DNA from: Octopus sinensis | Lineage: Eukaryota | Length of the DNA stretch: 22,962 bases | Assembly (NCBI RefSeq): GCF_006345805.1 | Contig: NW_021836628.1 | Location: 1 to 22,962 of the forward strand | Direction of reading: 5' to 3' | Part shown: positions 1-10,905 of the stretch, one piece after another | Position numbering within the stretch: the first letter of the stretch is position 1 | How the letters are laid out: each line of letters starts with the position of its first letter | Position numbers and translations under genes: made by a program | The notes under the pieces: model-generated | Database searches by the model: none | What the model was told of the DNA's origin: nothing | Seen by the model: only the letters and a program-made list of their open reading frames with translations

Positions 1-183
1 ATTTCTATGTCTCTGTGTGTTTGGTGTGTGCATGCTTGTCTATGTGTGTGTGTGCTTGTCTATGCGTGTGTGTGTGTGCATGCTTGTCTATGTGTGTGCA
101 TGTGTGTGCTTGTTATGTGTGTGTGTGTACATTATGTATATATGTCCATTTGAGCAAATTTGTATATCTGTATGTGTCATATG

Positions 184-231
<48 letters not shown>

Positions 232-392
232 TGAGTTACATGTGTATGTATGTTTGAGCAAGTGTGTCTTTCTGTGTTTGTGTGTGCGTTTCTGCATTTC
301 TGTGTGTGTGTGTGTGCACGTGAGCCTGCATTCCCCGTCTGTGTGTTTGCGTGTGCGCTTCCCTTCCAAGCGTTCATGTCTGTGTGTGCGCG
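1..392. repeat. Compound (TG)n microsatellite with recurring tgcttgtctatg sub-unit
   Basis: Degenerate TG runs. tgcttgtctatg occurs 3 times, plus a variant, in the first 120 bp. ORFs here are CV/HT repeats. Confidence 0.95.
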
Positions 393-560
393 CGGTCGCC
401 GAGCAGCAAGAACGGTCTCCGAGCCAGCAGCCAACAGTTTATGGAAGTGTGATAGCATTTTACAAATGGAATCTGGGTCAATGTCTAAGATTCCTTGGAC
501 ATCCCCAGCAGTGGAATGGTGTCAATGAGGGTGTTGCAATGACAGCAGACAACGGATGGC

Positions 561-797
561 TAGGGGTGGGGGGGGGTGTGGAGGAGGAAGAAAGGGGGCG
601 TCCTCCGGTCGGGTGAGGGGGGGGGGGGAGGGTAAAGTAAGGGGGCACTGAGTCATACTTTGTAATTTGGGGCTTTGGAAAGCTGCCTTTATTTTTCTGG
701 AGGAATCTGTACCTTTAGGAATTGGTTCAACTTGGATGGAATAGTTTTGGCAAATATTTGCAGGGTGGGTGTGCGGGTGGGGGGGGGGGCGGAAGGG
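561..797 (+). other. G-run clusters, potential G-quadruplex
   Basis: Multiple G3+ runs with short loops at 562-645 and 763-797. Confidence 0.55.
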
Positions 798-839
798 ATT
801 AAATCAACAAAGTGTGTATAACGGGCCGTTTGTGTATAA

Positions 840-1473
840 ATATTTATATACATGCTAATGAGTATGCGTGTTTATATATATACAGGAACAAGATCATACA
901 CACATACATGCACATTTAAAAGCACATACATTCACATATATACACTATTATACATATATATATAATATACACTATTATATATATATATATAGATACACAC
1001 CCATGCCAGCATGGAAGATGGATGTTAAATGATGATGATGTTGATATATATCTGCATATACACACACACTCAAACATACATATATATTAAATATACATAT
1101 ATAAGATATTATATATATATATATATCACATTATATTATATATATATATATATATTAGTTAATATAATGCACACAAACACAAACACACAAATATATAAAC
1201 ACACGAAGATATATGCACAAACATATATATATATACATGCATATATATACACATACAAACATACATACATACACACTCACACAATATATATACACATATA
1301 CATACACACACACATATATACACACACACACATACTCAATACATAGTATATACACATTATAGACCCGTTTACATGTATACACACCCACAAAACAGATACT
1401 TTTATGTATATTTAATGAATTACATGTGTACGAATATACACACTGTACTTTTTCTTTTTTTGTTGACAGACAC

Positions 1474-1512
<39 letters not shown>

Positions 1513-2029
1513 CATATATATATATATATATTTATATATACATACATACATACATATATACATACACACACACATACATACACACACACACACACCAGCG
1601 TTTCTCACCCGTATGTTGTGTTAAACCTAACAGTGAGATTACATATTTGATAGGGATGAAATATTCAATGAATGGGGAACAAAATGCTTTGATCACTGCC
1701 CTGTGTGTGTGTGTGTGTGTGTGTGTGTATACATGTTTGCGGGAGTGCATGTGTGTGTGTGTGTTAGCTCATCTGTCTGTTTGTCTGTCTCCTTTTCTCT
1801 CTCTCTCTGCCTATCTGCCTGCCGCCCTCTCTCTCATATACATATACACACATATACATACCCACACAACTACACATATACGCACATACATATACATACA
1901 CACATTCATTACATTCATACATACATATGCATACACGTACATACATAGATACCTACATACACGCAAATACATACATAAACACACATGCACACATACACAC
2001 ATATACATACACACACATACCCACACACA
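840..2029. repeat. Compound (TA)n/(CA)n/(TG)n microsatellite block
   Basis: Near-continuous dinucleotide repeats, with short unique interruptions at 999-1045 and 1595-1701. Confidence 0.95.
999..1045 (+). mobile_element. Retroposon family E, isolated 3' tail with (GAT)n
   Basis: acccatgccagcatggaagatggatgttaaatgatgatgatg matches the reverse complement of 18524-18574. Confidence 0.75.
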
Positions 2030-2249
2030 GTTGCACGGTTCCTTCTACCTCACCAGAAACAGGCAAGTTTCACTTTGATACGAATCTCATGGGTTGAACA
2101 GCGAAACGGAACTCTTTTAGAAATCCTGGGATCTGTAGAGAATATAAGAATATATATGCCAAAGGTTAAGCCAATTGGCAGAGTCTGAGTTGCTCAAGGC
2201 AACATACTCTAATTATTCCTCATCAAAGTGAGTCAGCAACGAAGTCCCT

Positions 2250-2341
2250 ATGTAGCTGCTTGACCTGCAAGAAGTAGCAGCCAAACTGCCTTCAAATAAC
2301 ATTGTATTGTCTTAGAGATGTTTTAGATGAAGTCCTAGATA
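2250..2341 (+). mobile_element. Interspersed repeat family F fragment
   Basis: tgacctgcaagaagtagcagccaaactgccttcaaataac resembles 13964-13999, 14322-14360 and the reverse complement of 17980-18025. Confidence 0.6.
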
Positions 2342-2344
2342 ACA

Positions 2345-2615
2345 GTGGAGGTGCATGGCTCAGCGGTTAGAGTGTTTGGCTCACAATCATGAGGTAGTGA
2401 GTTCGATTAAAGGTGGTGCATTGTGTTCTTGAGCAAGACACTTTATTTCATGTTGCTCCTGTTCACTCAGCTATAGAAATGAATTGCAACGTCACTGGTG
2501 CCAAGCTGCATTGGCCCCGAGGGTGGTATGCCTGGACTTGTGCCTCGGAGGAGAACTTTCTAGGTGCATTCCATGGTCACTCATGACTGAAGGGGCTCTG
2601 TACCCTTTACTCTTT
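2345..2615 (+). mobile_element. tRNA-derived SINE (family C)
   Basis: A box tggctcagcgg (2356-2366), B box gagttcgatt (2399-2408), CORE-like cttgagcaagacacttt, and a cccttta-type tail. Confidence 0.85.
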
Positions 2616-2730
2616 ATATATATATTATATTATATATATATATATATTATATATATAATATATTATATATGTATGTATAATATATATATATTATATATAT
2701 ATATATATATGTATGCATGTATATGTGTAT
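2616..2730. repeat. (TA)n microsatellite
   Basis: Degenerate TA run directly after the SINE tail. Confidence 0.95.
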
Positions 2731-2895
2731 AGTTGATTAGATCGACCCCCCCAGCAACTCAACTGGTACCTATTTCATTGACCCTGAAAAGATGAGACAA
2801 AGTCGACTCAGCAGAATTTGAACTTAGAACATAGAGGCAGACAAAATACCGCTAAACGTTTCGCCTGGCATGCTAACGATTCTGCCAGCTCACCG
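2731..2895 (-). mobile_element. SINE family D (3'-truncated)
   Basis: Reverse complement reads cggtgagctggcagaatcgttag...gttcaaattctgc...ggtcaatgaaataggtaccagttg. Homologous to 15146-15360 and 16462-16683. Confidence 0.85.
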
Positions 2896-2999
2896 TTTAA
2901 AAAAAACAAAACTGTATATTGATTGATCAATTGATTTATGTAGAATAAATTCAATGTTGATGAAATATAGGTTAATGTTCTTAATTGGATTCAAGTAAT

Positions 3000-3560
3000 T
3001 AGAAAGAGGAGGGGATGGAGTGGGTCGGGCTGGTTACTGAACGCTGGAATAACAATGCCGGAAGACAACAGTAAGTTGTGGGTCTCCATGAAGAAATACA
3101 AGAGTGTCAGGGATTTTAACATAAGATGGAAATTACAGAAGTCCTGTTCCTATCCCACCACCAATAATAATGGAAATAGAACCAAAGGATTCTTTTAGCT
3201 GAGGACCAACAAAGTGCGAGATATGGAAGTGCCTCCCCAATAACCAATCCGTGATTAGTTTGAATGGTTAAGTAGAACTCAGAGGATTGCTTGGAAAAGA
3301 AGAAATTGGTGAAATGGCTGGAGTCGTTGAAGAAGATTAGACGGAGGTGTTATAGTGAGGTTCCATTGAGCTGATTATCATAAAGCTTCCATTTCTATTC
3401 ATTCTTCCAGACATGAAGACTGAATATTATTCTGTAGAATTTATGCTGCCATAAAGACTGGTTATGATCAGGAATTTAGTGGAAGTGTGAAAAGGGAGGT
3501 TGGTGGAGGAAGTGGGGATGGGGAAGATGAAGAAGGGAGAGATTACATAAGATTAGCATT
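3000..3560 (-). pseudogene. Possible very old LINE reverse transcriptase relic
   Basis: Purine-skewed + strand. The minus-strand peptide LHGDPQLTVVF weakly recalls YADDTQLY. No intact frame. Confidence 0.25.
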
Positions 3561-4667
3561 CAGTGGTTTAGTGACGAGGAATTAAGAAGTTTAGGATCAA
3601 TATAAGACTATGAAATGCATCGGAATTGACACCGAAGTGCAGAGAAGACCCCTGATTCACCGGCTCAATCACCAGATGTAATAAATTTAACAAGATTAAT
3701 ATTTGTAATTAATTTCCTTGTAACCAATTAGTCAACTTTAAAAAAAACCCAATTAATTTTGCACATTGGGTTTAATTAGGTGGGATGCTTAATTAAAAGG
3801 TCCCAGTTTCAAAGAAACCTCCTGCAATGGCTTACACTAATCCCTCAGCTGGAAACATTCATTGAACGCTTGATTAATTTTGGATTAGGGGATCACCAAA
3901 GCAACTAAAGATGGATGAGATCTCATTTAATTTTTCCCCAATCTTTAATCATTTTAAGCAATATTGGTACAACTTCAGACTGGAGGAAGATTTCTACATT
4001 TATTTTCCATATTCTTTTCTTAGGGTCCCCTTATGAACAGTAAAGTGCGCCTGATATGAAGTCACCCTCCAAAACACACAAACTACTGACCCATAAATGG
4101 TTGTCTTCTCATCAACCTTTTATGTCAGTTCTGTTGTGACCTCTGCTTCTTGGAACTGATTGACTCAAGTCACCCCCAATCAGGGCATCTCAACTCACCT
4201 CTTTCCCCTCTGCTCACAACTCCTATCCTAACAGCCCCACATCCAGGAATCTCTGGAATCCCCTCCTTGCCTCTGCCTGTGTGTTTCTCCTGCAACTGTC
4301 CCATTGCAGTTATTCTTAAGGAGCATCAATGGTGTTTGATCTTAGTGGTTTTACAACAGGGGCTGTGGATGTGATGGGTACAGCCCCTACTTGTGGACCA
4401 CACCATCTAAAAAGACAACCATCTTTTAATTCTGTGACCGTTGGATGGCAATGGTTGTTAGAACTCCAGTGTTGTTATTTCGTATCACCATCATTCTACA
4501 GAGATGAACAAAAGAACACCAATATAATTGGAAATAACAAAATAACAGTTTTGAACCTAAAAACAAGTAGGATATTTGGAGCAGGTATGGGGCTAGTTCA
4601 AATGCTAAAGGTTTTGTCAAGAAGTTGGTGATGTTAGAATTTTGTATGGGTTAGATAAGGGCTTGGT

Positions 4668-4985
4668 AGAAGAAAACAGCACAGCTCCCATGACTTCAGG
4701 AAACATTTTTTCACGCTGAGAGTTGCTGAAGCATGGAACAAACTGCCGGCATCGGTTGTTAGTTGTCGGAGCACTGCATCCTTCAAAACTTCCATGCTTC
4801 TGAGATTCGCCAACACTACACTTGATTTTCTCCCCTCCATACACACACAAGCATGTATCTGACTCATACACTGTTCACTTTCCAGACATTTCTGCATTAC
4901 TGCATGTACTTTATATGCACTTTCTGACAAGTTGTGGTGCACCTGAGCACTGTATACAATAATTTCATTATTATTATTATTATTA
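4668..4985 (+). mobile_element. 5'-truncated CR1/L2-group LINE (ORF2 C-terminus, 3'UTR, (TTA)n tail) with 16-bp TSD
   Basis: Translates RKHFFTLRVAEAWNKLPASVVSCRSTASFK, a typical CR1 ORF2 end. The tail is ttattattatta. An exact direct repeat tagataagggcttggt lies at 4652-4667 and 4986-5001. Confidence 0.93.
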
Positions 4986-5244
4986 TAGATAAGGGCTTGG
5001 TGTTGCTAGACAACAGATAAATAATTCATAAACTGCTCTATATTTTTTGAATAGCTTTGGTTTCATTCCTCACCAACATTTCGGTCATCCTTTTAATGAC
5101 AATGACTTGTAGAAACCAGAAACCAGAAACCAGGAACCTGCTCGGTGGAGGCTGGAGGCGGATGTTTTCACCAATGCCGCCACCTTCTGACGCTCCTAAT
5201 CTCCTTGACACCACAAACTGGGATTGTTTGAATTTTTCCACTTA

Positions 5245-5370
5245 ATAAAATAAAAATGCTTTCTCTTAGAAATAAACTGTCACATGAGGTTAGCAGCATA
5301 ATGCCAACATAGAAATACTCTGAAAGAAGTGAATCTACCAGCAATTGTTGAATTCTATGACAAAATAACA
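5245..5370 (+). pseudogene. Possible piggyBac transposase relic
   Basis: The peptide NLPAIVEFYDKIT resembles the P-x-I-V-x-x-Y-N-K-T motif that precedes GGVD in piggyBac transposases. It is short and frameshifted. Confidence 0.3.
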
Positions 5371-5436
5371 CCCACTTCCTCTACCCCAGCTCTCAATAGA
5401 CAGGGTAGGGGAGTCTTATTATTATCATCATCAGTT

Positions 5437-6264
5437 GAGTTTGTTTGTTTGTCTGTGGACAAGATATCTCCAGAACCGCTAGATGGATTTGGATGAAACT
5501 TTCAGGGATGTTTGGCCTCGTTATTGGCACACACTGATTAGATTTTGGGGTCAATCTGGTACCAGACAAGGATTCTGCATTATTATTTATATTTTTTTTT
5601 TACTTTACATGCACATGTAAAGTTTCACATTGTTCTCTTGTACACGCACACACATGCACACACACATACACACGCACATATACATTTTCAGTGTTGAACA
5701 TTACCATTTCATTTCCATTGCACAAACACACACACACACACACACAAACATACCTCTCTTTCACACACACATATACTCACACTTCAAACACCATTAATTG
5801 GCTTCTCCACCCCTTCATTATTCATCTATCACCCCTTCCTTTCTCATTCATAAGATGCTCTCTTGCCATTATCTCCTCTGCCTTCACCTCTCACTCCGGC
5901 TCTATTATATATATATATATATATATATTATATATTATATATATACACCACACAACACACATAAATACCACAAAAGACAACACTCATTGTTATATTAGGA
6001 GATTATACATACATTTTAGCACTTTACAGTATACTTATATATATATATATATATACACACACAAATTCTATACATTGATCTAAACCAACAGGATTATTAG
6101 AGGAAGACGGAATTTAAGAGAAGAGAAAACCAAGAGGCTTCCCATCTGTTCATTGAAAGATCTTATTTCAGATATTCACATTTTAAAAATCATCTCCGGT
6201 TAATCGTTGATAGGATGTTGGTGTTGCGTTGGCGGAGGTTTGCCACTCTCTCAGTGCTCTTGTT
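5437..6264 (+). mobile_element. Helentron-associated (HINE/DINE-1-like) element, interrupted
   Basis: 5' (GTTT)n-gtctgt followed by gatggatttggatgaaactt. 3' end ttggcggaggtttg (subTIR), a small hairpin cact-ctctc-agtg, then cttgtt at 6229-6264. The 5' subTIR is not found. About 5605-6160 is microsatellite-rich filler. Confidence 0.7.
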
Positions 6265-6387
6265 ATTAATGCTTCTCTTCTTATAATAATATGAAAATTA
6301 ATAAAGGAGGGACAAACGCGTGTGTGGGCGGGGTATTAGTGAGCCAGATAGTAGCCTTCTATCAACAAACTGATGATATGAACTGAA

Positions 6388-6705
6388 TATATAATAGCGA
6401 AAAAAAAGGCATTAAAATGGAAAAAATTATGGTAAATTTTTTTTAAATCGTAGACTCATCGTAGACATTTTTAGAGAGTTACTTCCCTTATATAATAGCG
6501 AAAAAAAGGCATTAAAATGTAAAAAAATTATGGTAAATTTTTTTTTAATTGTAGGCTCATCGTAGACGCGCGCTAATACCCAGAAGGGCTCGATATGAAT
6601 CACGACTATAAGATACCCGGTTTTGGTTAAACTGCACCGCAAAATGTGGGAGTAATTAGGAATCTAAATCGTAGGAGACAGACACACAACTTTTATATAT
6701 AAAGA
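6388..6705 (-). mobile_element. Helitron-like non-autonomous element, 5' part, with 101-bp-period internal duplication
   Basis: Minus strand starts a|tctttatatataaaagttgtgtgtctgtc. There is a 79-bp direct repeat at 6388-6466 and 6489-6567. No 3' hairpin-CTAG is seen. Confidence 0.6.
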
Positions 6706-6833
6706 TAAACTTAGAATAATGGTGGTGGTGGTGGTATAAAGTGAAATAATACTGCACCCTCCTGCATCCACCCTGTTGACCCCACTGCAATGATGTTGGT
6801 GCTGGTGCTGTCGATAAATATGAGTCTGCAAAT

Positions 6834-6945
6834 AGGTGCAGGTACGGTTGGTCATGTGGTTAACAAGTGTGATTCCTGACCATGAGGTTTCAGGATCAAT
6901 CTCATTGCTCAGTAGTGTGTTGAGTAAGAGTCTACTACTTCATTA
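6834..6945 (+). mobile_element. Highly decayed SINE family A head
   Basis: ggtgcagg...tgtggttaacaagtgtgattcctgaccatgaggtttcaggatcaatctcattgc aligns loosely to 11317-11410. Confidence 0.5.
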
Positions 6946-7290
6946 GTAGCAGATTAATTGATGCCTTGGGAAACTGTGGGGAAGCCTAAAGAGGGGGAAG
7001 GGGAGAGGGAGAGAGAAACAGACGCAATCTTTAGCCAGTGTATATCAATACAGGATGTAAAAACCAAAGGAAACGATGCATTTTGAATGAAGTCTTTATG
7101 ATATTTGTTCTGCCCCAAGTTACACATAAGCTCCCTTATCCGTCTCACTATCAGAAATTCAATGAACCAGTTACAGATTCAGTGGAAAAACTGTCACCAA
7201 CAACAGAATTGTTCATCAAGTGTGTCATAAAATTATATAAATATATTGAACAGAACAAGCAAATCGTGATGCTTCACAAAAAACTAATAT

Positions 7291-7440
7291 GTACACACAC
7301 ACAAACTTATATATATATATATATATATATATTTGTGTGTGTATATATATAGAATGCTTATGCTTATTTTAATCTACCTTAACTTATTTCCCATGTGATG
7401 TTCCATTTAAGCTAAATACATGTGTGTGTCCACATATATA

Positions 7441-7475
<35 letters not shown>

Positions 7476-7626
7476 GTGTGTGTATATATATATGTATATA
7501 TGTATGAGTGTGTGTGTATATATATATGTCTGTATGTATGTATGTGTGTGTGTGTGTATATACATATATATATGTATGTATGTATGTGTATATATATGTA
7601 TGTATGTGTATATATATATCTATATG

Positions 7627-7660
<34 letters not shown>

Positions 7661-7880
7661 TGTATGTATGTATGTATGTATATGTATGTTAATTTTGCAA
7701 GCAGGCTGTTCCATTAATCGGATCAACTGGAACATTTGTCGTAACTAACAGAGTGTCAGTTAATGTGTAGACATACGTATATGCGTATGTTTATCACCCT
7801 TTACATATACACACACACATTGACAAATATGAATAGATATGTCTGTATGTATATATATATGTGTGTGTGTGTTTGTGTGT
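7291..7880. repeat. (TA)n/(TATG)n/(TG)n microsatellite block
   Basis: Long TATG and TA runs, densest at 7417-7688. Confidence 0.95.
7687..7757 (+). mobile_element. SINE family B 3' tail fragment
   Basis: gcaggctgttccattaatcggatcaactggaac...gtaactaacagagtg matches the reverse complement of 10122-10180. Confidence 0.7.
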
Positions 7881-8842
7881 GCTCTGTCTATTCATTGTTT
7901 CAGAAAATCTATGAAACAGTGAGGAAGTGCTCCACAATTGTCTTTTGTAACCTCAAGAAAGTTGATATCAGCTCTTTCTTTCATAAAATCATTAACTGCC
8001 AATATTTCTCTATCTTTTCATCCATTTGCAACAACTAAAACCACCAGCACCACAACAACAGCAGCAGCAACAACAACGATATAATACAAGTTCCTTTAAT
8101 AATGCATTGTTTAAAAACCAAACAAACGGATTGCATGATTCTCGAAGCCGTACATGATTGGTCGTGTCGTCTGAGACAAATAAAGCTATGGACGGCATTT
8201 TCAGCAAACCGCAATATTGAGGCCATCAGAAATCAGCTTTCAATCAACAACATCCACGGCTACGATACTTGAAACCAGCAGAAAGAACTAGACTTTTATA
8301 AATACCAAACAGAAACTATAGCAGGTCAATTTATTTCAACAATGCAAATGTTGTAAGAAAAGTCACGGCCATCATCAGCAACAGCATCACAGCTGTCATT
8401 GTGGTTTAACTCCGGTGTAATTTCAGATAAGCACGCCATGTGGCGTTATTGATAATATCATTTTAATACAGTATCTACATATCTCCTTAGATTGACACTA
8501 GATGTCACCGATTTCACTAACATCTCGGCTCATAGCTGTCGTTTATTTGATCTTTGATCAATAAAGACATTAGTAGATCACCTACTTTAAACTATTGTTG
8601 GTCAAGTATCGACTAGATACTACGTCTGATACAGTCAATCTACTACGCACTATATTTGCATATAATCCATTATATATATGTACATATATATATCAAACAC
8701 ATTACATGGAAAAGTATAATATTTACTAAAGTCCACTGCAGATTAAACATCACATCCATTACAGTCTGTTGTGCACTTGACACTTCTGTTATAGTCACCC
8801 TAAAACAGACACAACATCTACCATGGAACGCTTGCACACATA

Positions 8843-8960
8843 CTCCAACCTCTGGGCCACAAGCATGCAGTGTCTCCTCTTTCAGTGTTACATACCGAAA
8901 CTATAATTATCTTAGTTCCTCAAAACTGACTGGGATTCTGCAACTCACTCATCCTACCAA
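8843..8960 (+). pseudogene. LINE (CR1/Jockey-group) ORF2 C-terminal relic
   Basis: LQPLGHKHAVS, then a frameshift to VSSFSVTYRNYNYLSSSKLTGIL. This resembles the LQPLSHRRxVxSLxxFYRYYxGxCSSEL motif of non-LTR RT C-termini. Confidence 0.6.
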
Positions 8961-9001
8961 CCACACAACCATTTCTTACCCACTCATCTTTCCACATCAT
9001 T

Positions 9002-9307
9002 GTATATATATATATGCATATATATAAACATACATAAAACATTCATCAATCGACATGTGTATCTGTGTGTACACATATATATATGTACATGTATATGAAT
9101 GTATATATATATGTATATATGTATATATATATATATATGATCATTTTTATATACATATATATGGATATAAATACACACATTTATATCCATATATAGATAA
9201 GGATATATATGTGTGTGTATATATTCACACACATGTATGTATGTATGAATGTTTGTATACAAACATACACACATACATACACACACATACACACACACAC
9301 ACATATC
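9002..9307. repeat. Compound (TA)n/(CA)n microsatellite
   Basis: Dinucleotide runs. Confidence 0.95.
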
Positions 9308-9632
9308 TCCATAGGCCAGTTCATTTATTACAGATGCAGTTATTTACCAACAGTATCAGACAATATCCTTCTTTATTACTCCCTAATTGGTTTTCTTCAA
9401 AAACAGCTGAGCGGCAGAAAACTGATTTTATTCCTTTCGGGGGGCCAATGAGCAGAAAATAAAACGAAAATAGCAAAACACAAAAATCCTCAAATCCTAG
9501 AATGCCATTAAGATTCATGGAATAGAATAAAAAGCCGACAGACTTAGGCTTGAACATTGCGAAATGTATTCCAAGTTGGATTTAGATATTTGCAATTGAG
9601 AGTTTACAGTAGATTACACCAGGAGTAGCAAT

Positions 9633-9715
9633 AACACACACACAGACAACATATATAATATGTATATATATATAATATGTATGTTTATATAATATGCATT
9701 ATATATATAATATGC

Positions 9716-9762
<47 letters not shown>
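9633..9762. repeat. (TA)n microsatellite
   Basis: Long pure TA run at about 9719-9762. Confidence 0.95.
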
Positions 9763-9765
<3 letters not shown>

Positions 9766-9805
9766 CATGCTGCATATCATCATATAGCTGATGGTAAGAT
9801 ATATA

Positions 9806-9934
9806 CAGGGTGTCCCAAAAAATGTATACACATAGTGGTTCAGCAAAGAGAACAATAGAATAAGTACTAGGCTTACAAAGAATAACAAATTTACAATTAT
9901 TTAAGGTGTGTATACATTTTTTTGGGACACCCTG
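9806..9934. mobile_element. Tc1/mariner MITE, 129 bp, TA TSD, containing a SINE A fragment
   Basis: TIRs cagggtgtcccaaaaaatgtatacaca (9806-9832) and tgtgtatacatttttttgggacaccctg (9907-9934), with TA on both sides. Confidence 0.92.
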
Positions 9935-9949
9935 TATATATATATATAT

Positions 9950-9980
<31 letters not shown>

Positions 9981-10121
9981 TATATACATGTATATAAAGC
10001 ATATAGCTGATATGTAATCATCATCATCAATATATTTATATATATATGCATACATATATACATACACACATATATATACACACATATATATACACACCTA
10101 TATATACACATATATATAGGA

Positions 10122-10452
10122 AGCACTCTGTCGGTTACAACGACGAGGGTCCCAGCTGATATGATCAACAGAACAGCTTGCACATCGGGCCAACCAATGT
10201 GCAAGTGGCCGAGTACTCCACAGACACGCATACTCCTTTTTACATACTTTTCATGGAGATTCAGTGTGACTCAGAGTGTAACAAGGCTGGCCTTTTGAAA
10301 CACAGGTACTACTCATTTTTGCTACCTGAGTGGATTGGAGCAGCATGAAATAAAGTTTTTTGCTCACGGACACAACACAGCCACCGGGAATTGAACTCAT
10401 GACCCTATGATCACGTGCTAACTGCCCTAACCACTAAGCCACACACCTTCAC
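10122..10452 (-). mobile_element. tRNA-derived SINE (family B), full length
   Basis: Minus strand has A box tggcttagtgg and B box gagttcaattcc. Its CORE-like body is shared with 2345-2485, but the tail is distinct. Confidence 0.88.
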
Positions 10453-10465
10453 ATAAAAAAAAGAC

Positions 10466-10486
10466 ATATATATATATATATATTAC

Positions 10487-10519
<33 letters not shown>

Positions 10520-10552
10520 CACACACATACACATATGTCATATACATATAAC

Positions 10553-10586
<34 letters not shown>

Positions 10587-10751
10587 ACATATGTCATATA
10601 TATAACATATGTATATATATATATATATAATATATATATATATACACACACACATACACATATGTCATATACATATAACATTTATATATATATAAATGGC
10701 GGTGCCCCAGCATGGCCACAGCTCATAAGCTGAAACTAGAATCAATCAATC

Positions 10752-10782
<31 letters not shown>

Positions 10783-10902
10783 TACGTCATATACATAATA
10801 TATATATATATATAATATATATATATATATATTATATATATATATACACCACATACACATATAACATATATATATATATACACACATACATACATATATA
10901 TA
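10466..10902. repeat. (TA)n/(CA)n tract with higher-order unit cacatacacatatgtcatatacatataacat
   Basis: The unit recurs near 10520, 10580 and 10650, with degenerate copies near 10780 and 10850. Confidence 0.9.
10698..10751 (+). mobile_element. 54-bp retroposon 3' end related to the SINE A tail, with (TCAA)n terminus
   Basis: ggcggtgccccagcatggccacagctcataagctgaaactagaatcaatcaatc, compared with SINE A ggcggtgctccagcatggccgcagtcaaatgactgaaac. Confidence 0.8.
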
Positions 10903-10905
10903 TGG

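Noticed and set aside
1596-1698. hAT-like terminus cagcgtttctca (and a solo TIR-like ctagctacgctagtg at 18484-18498)
   Set aside because: No convincing partner TIR or TSD.
15-2078. Numerous CV/HT/YI-repeat ORFs (also at 7.4, 9-10, 17.4 and 21 kb)
   Set aside because: They are translations of dinucleotide microsatellites.
4095-4425. Short inverted matches (9-bp hairpin at 4358-4388; 11-bp pair near 4097 and 4412)
   Set aside because: They are too short, do not extend into arms and are compatible with chance.
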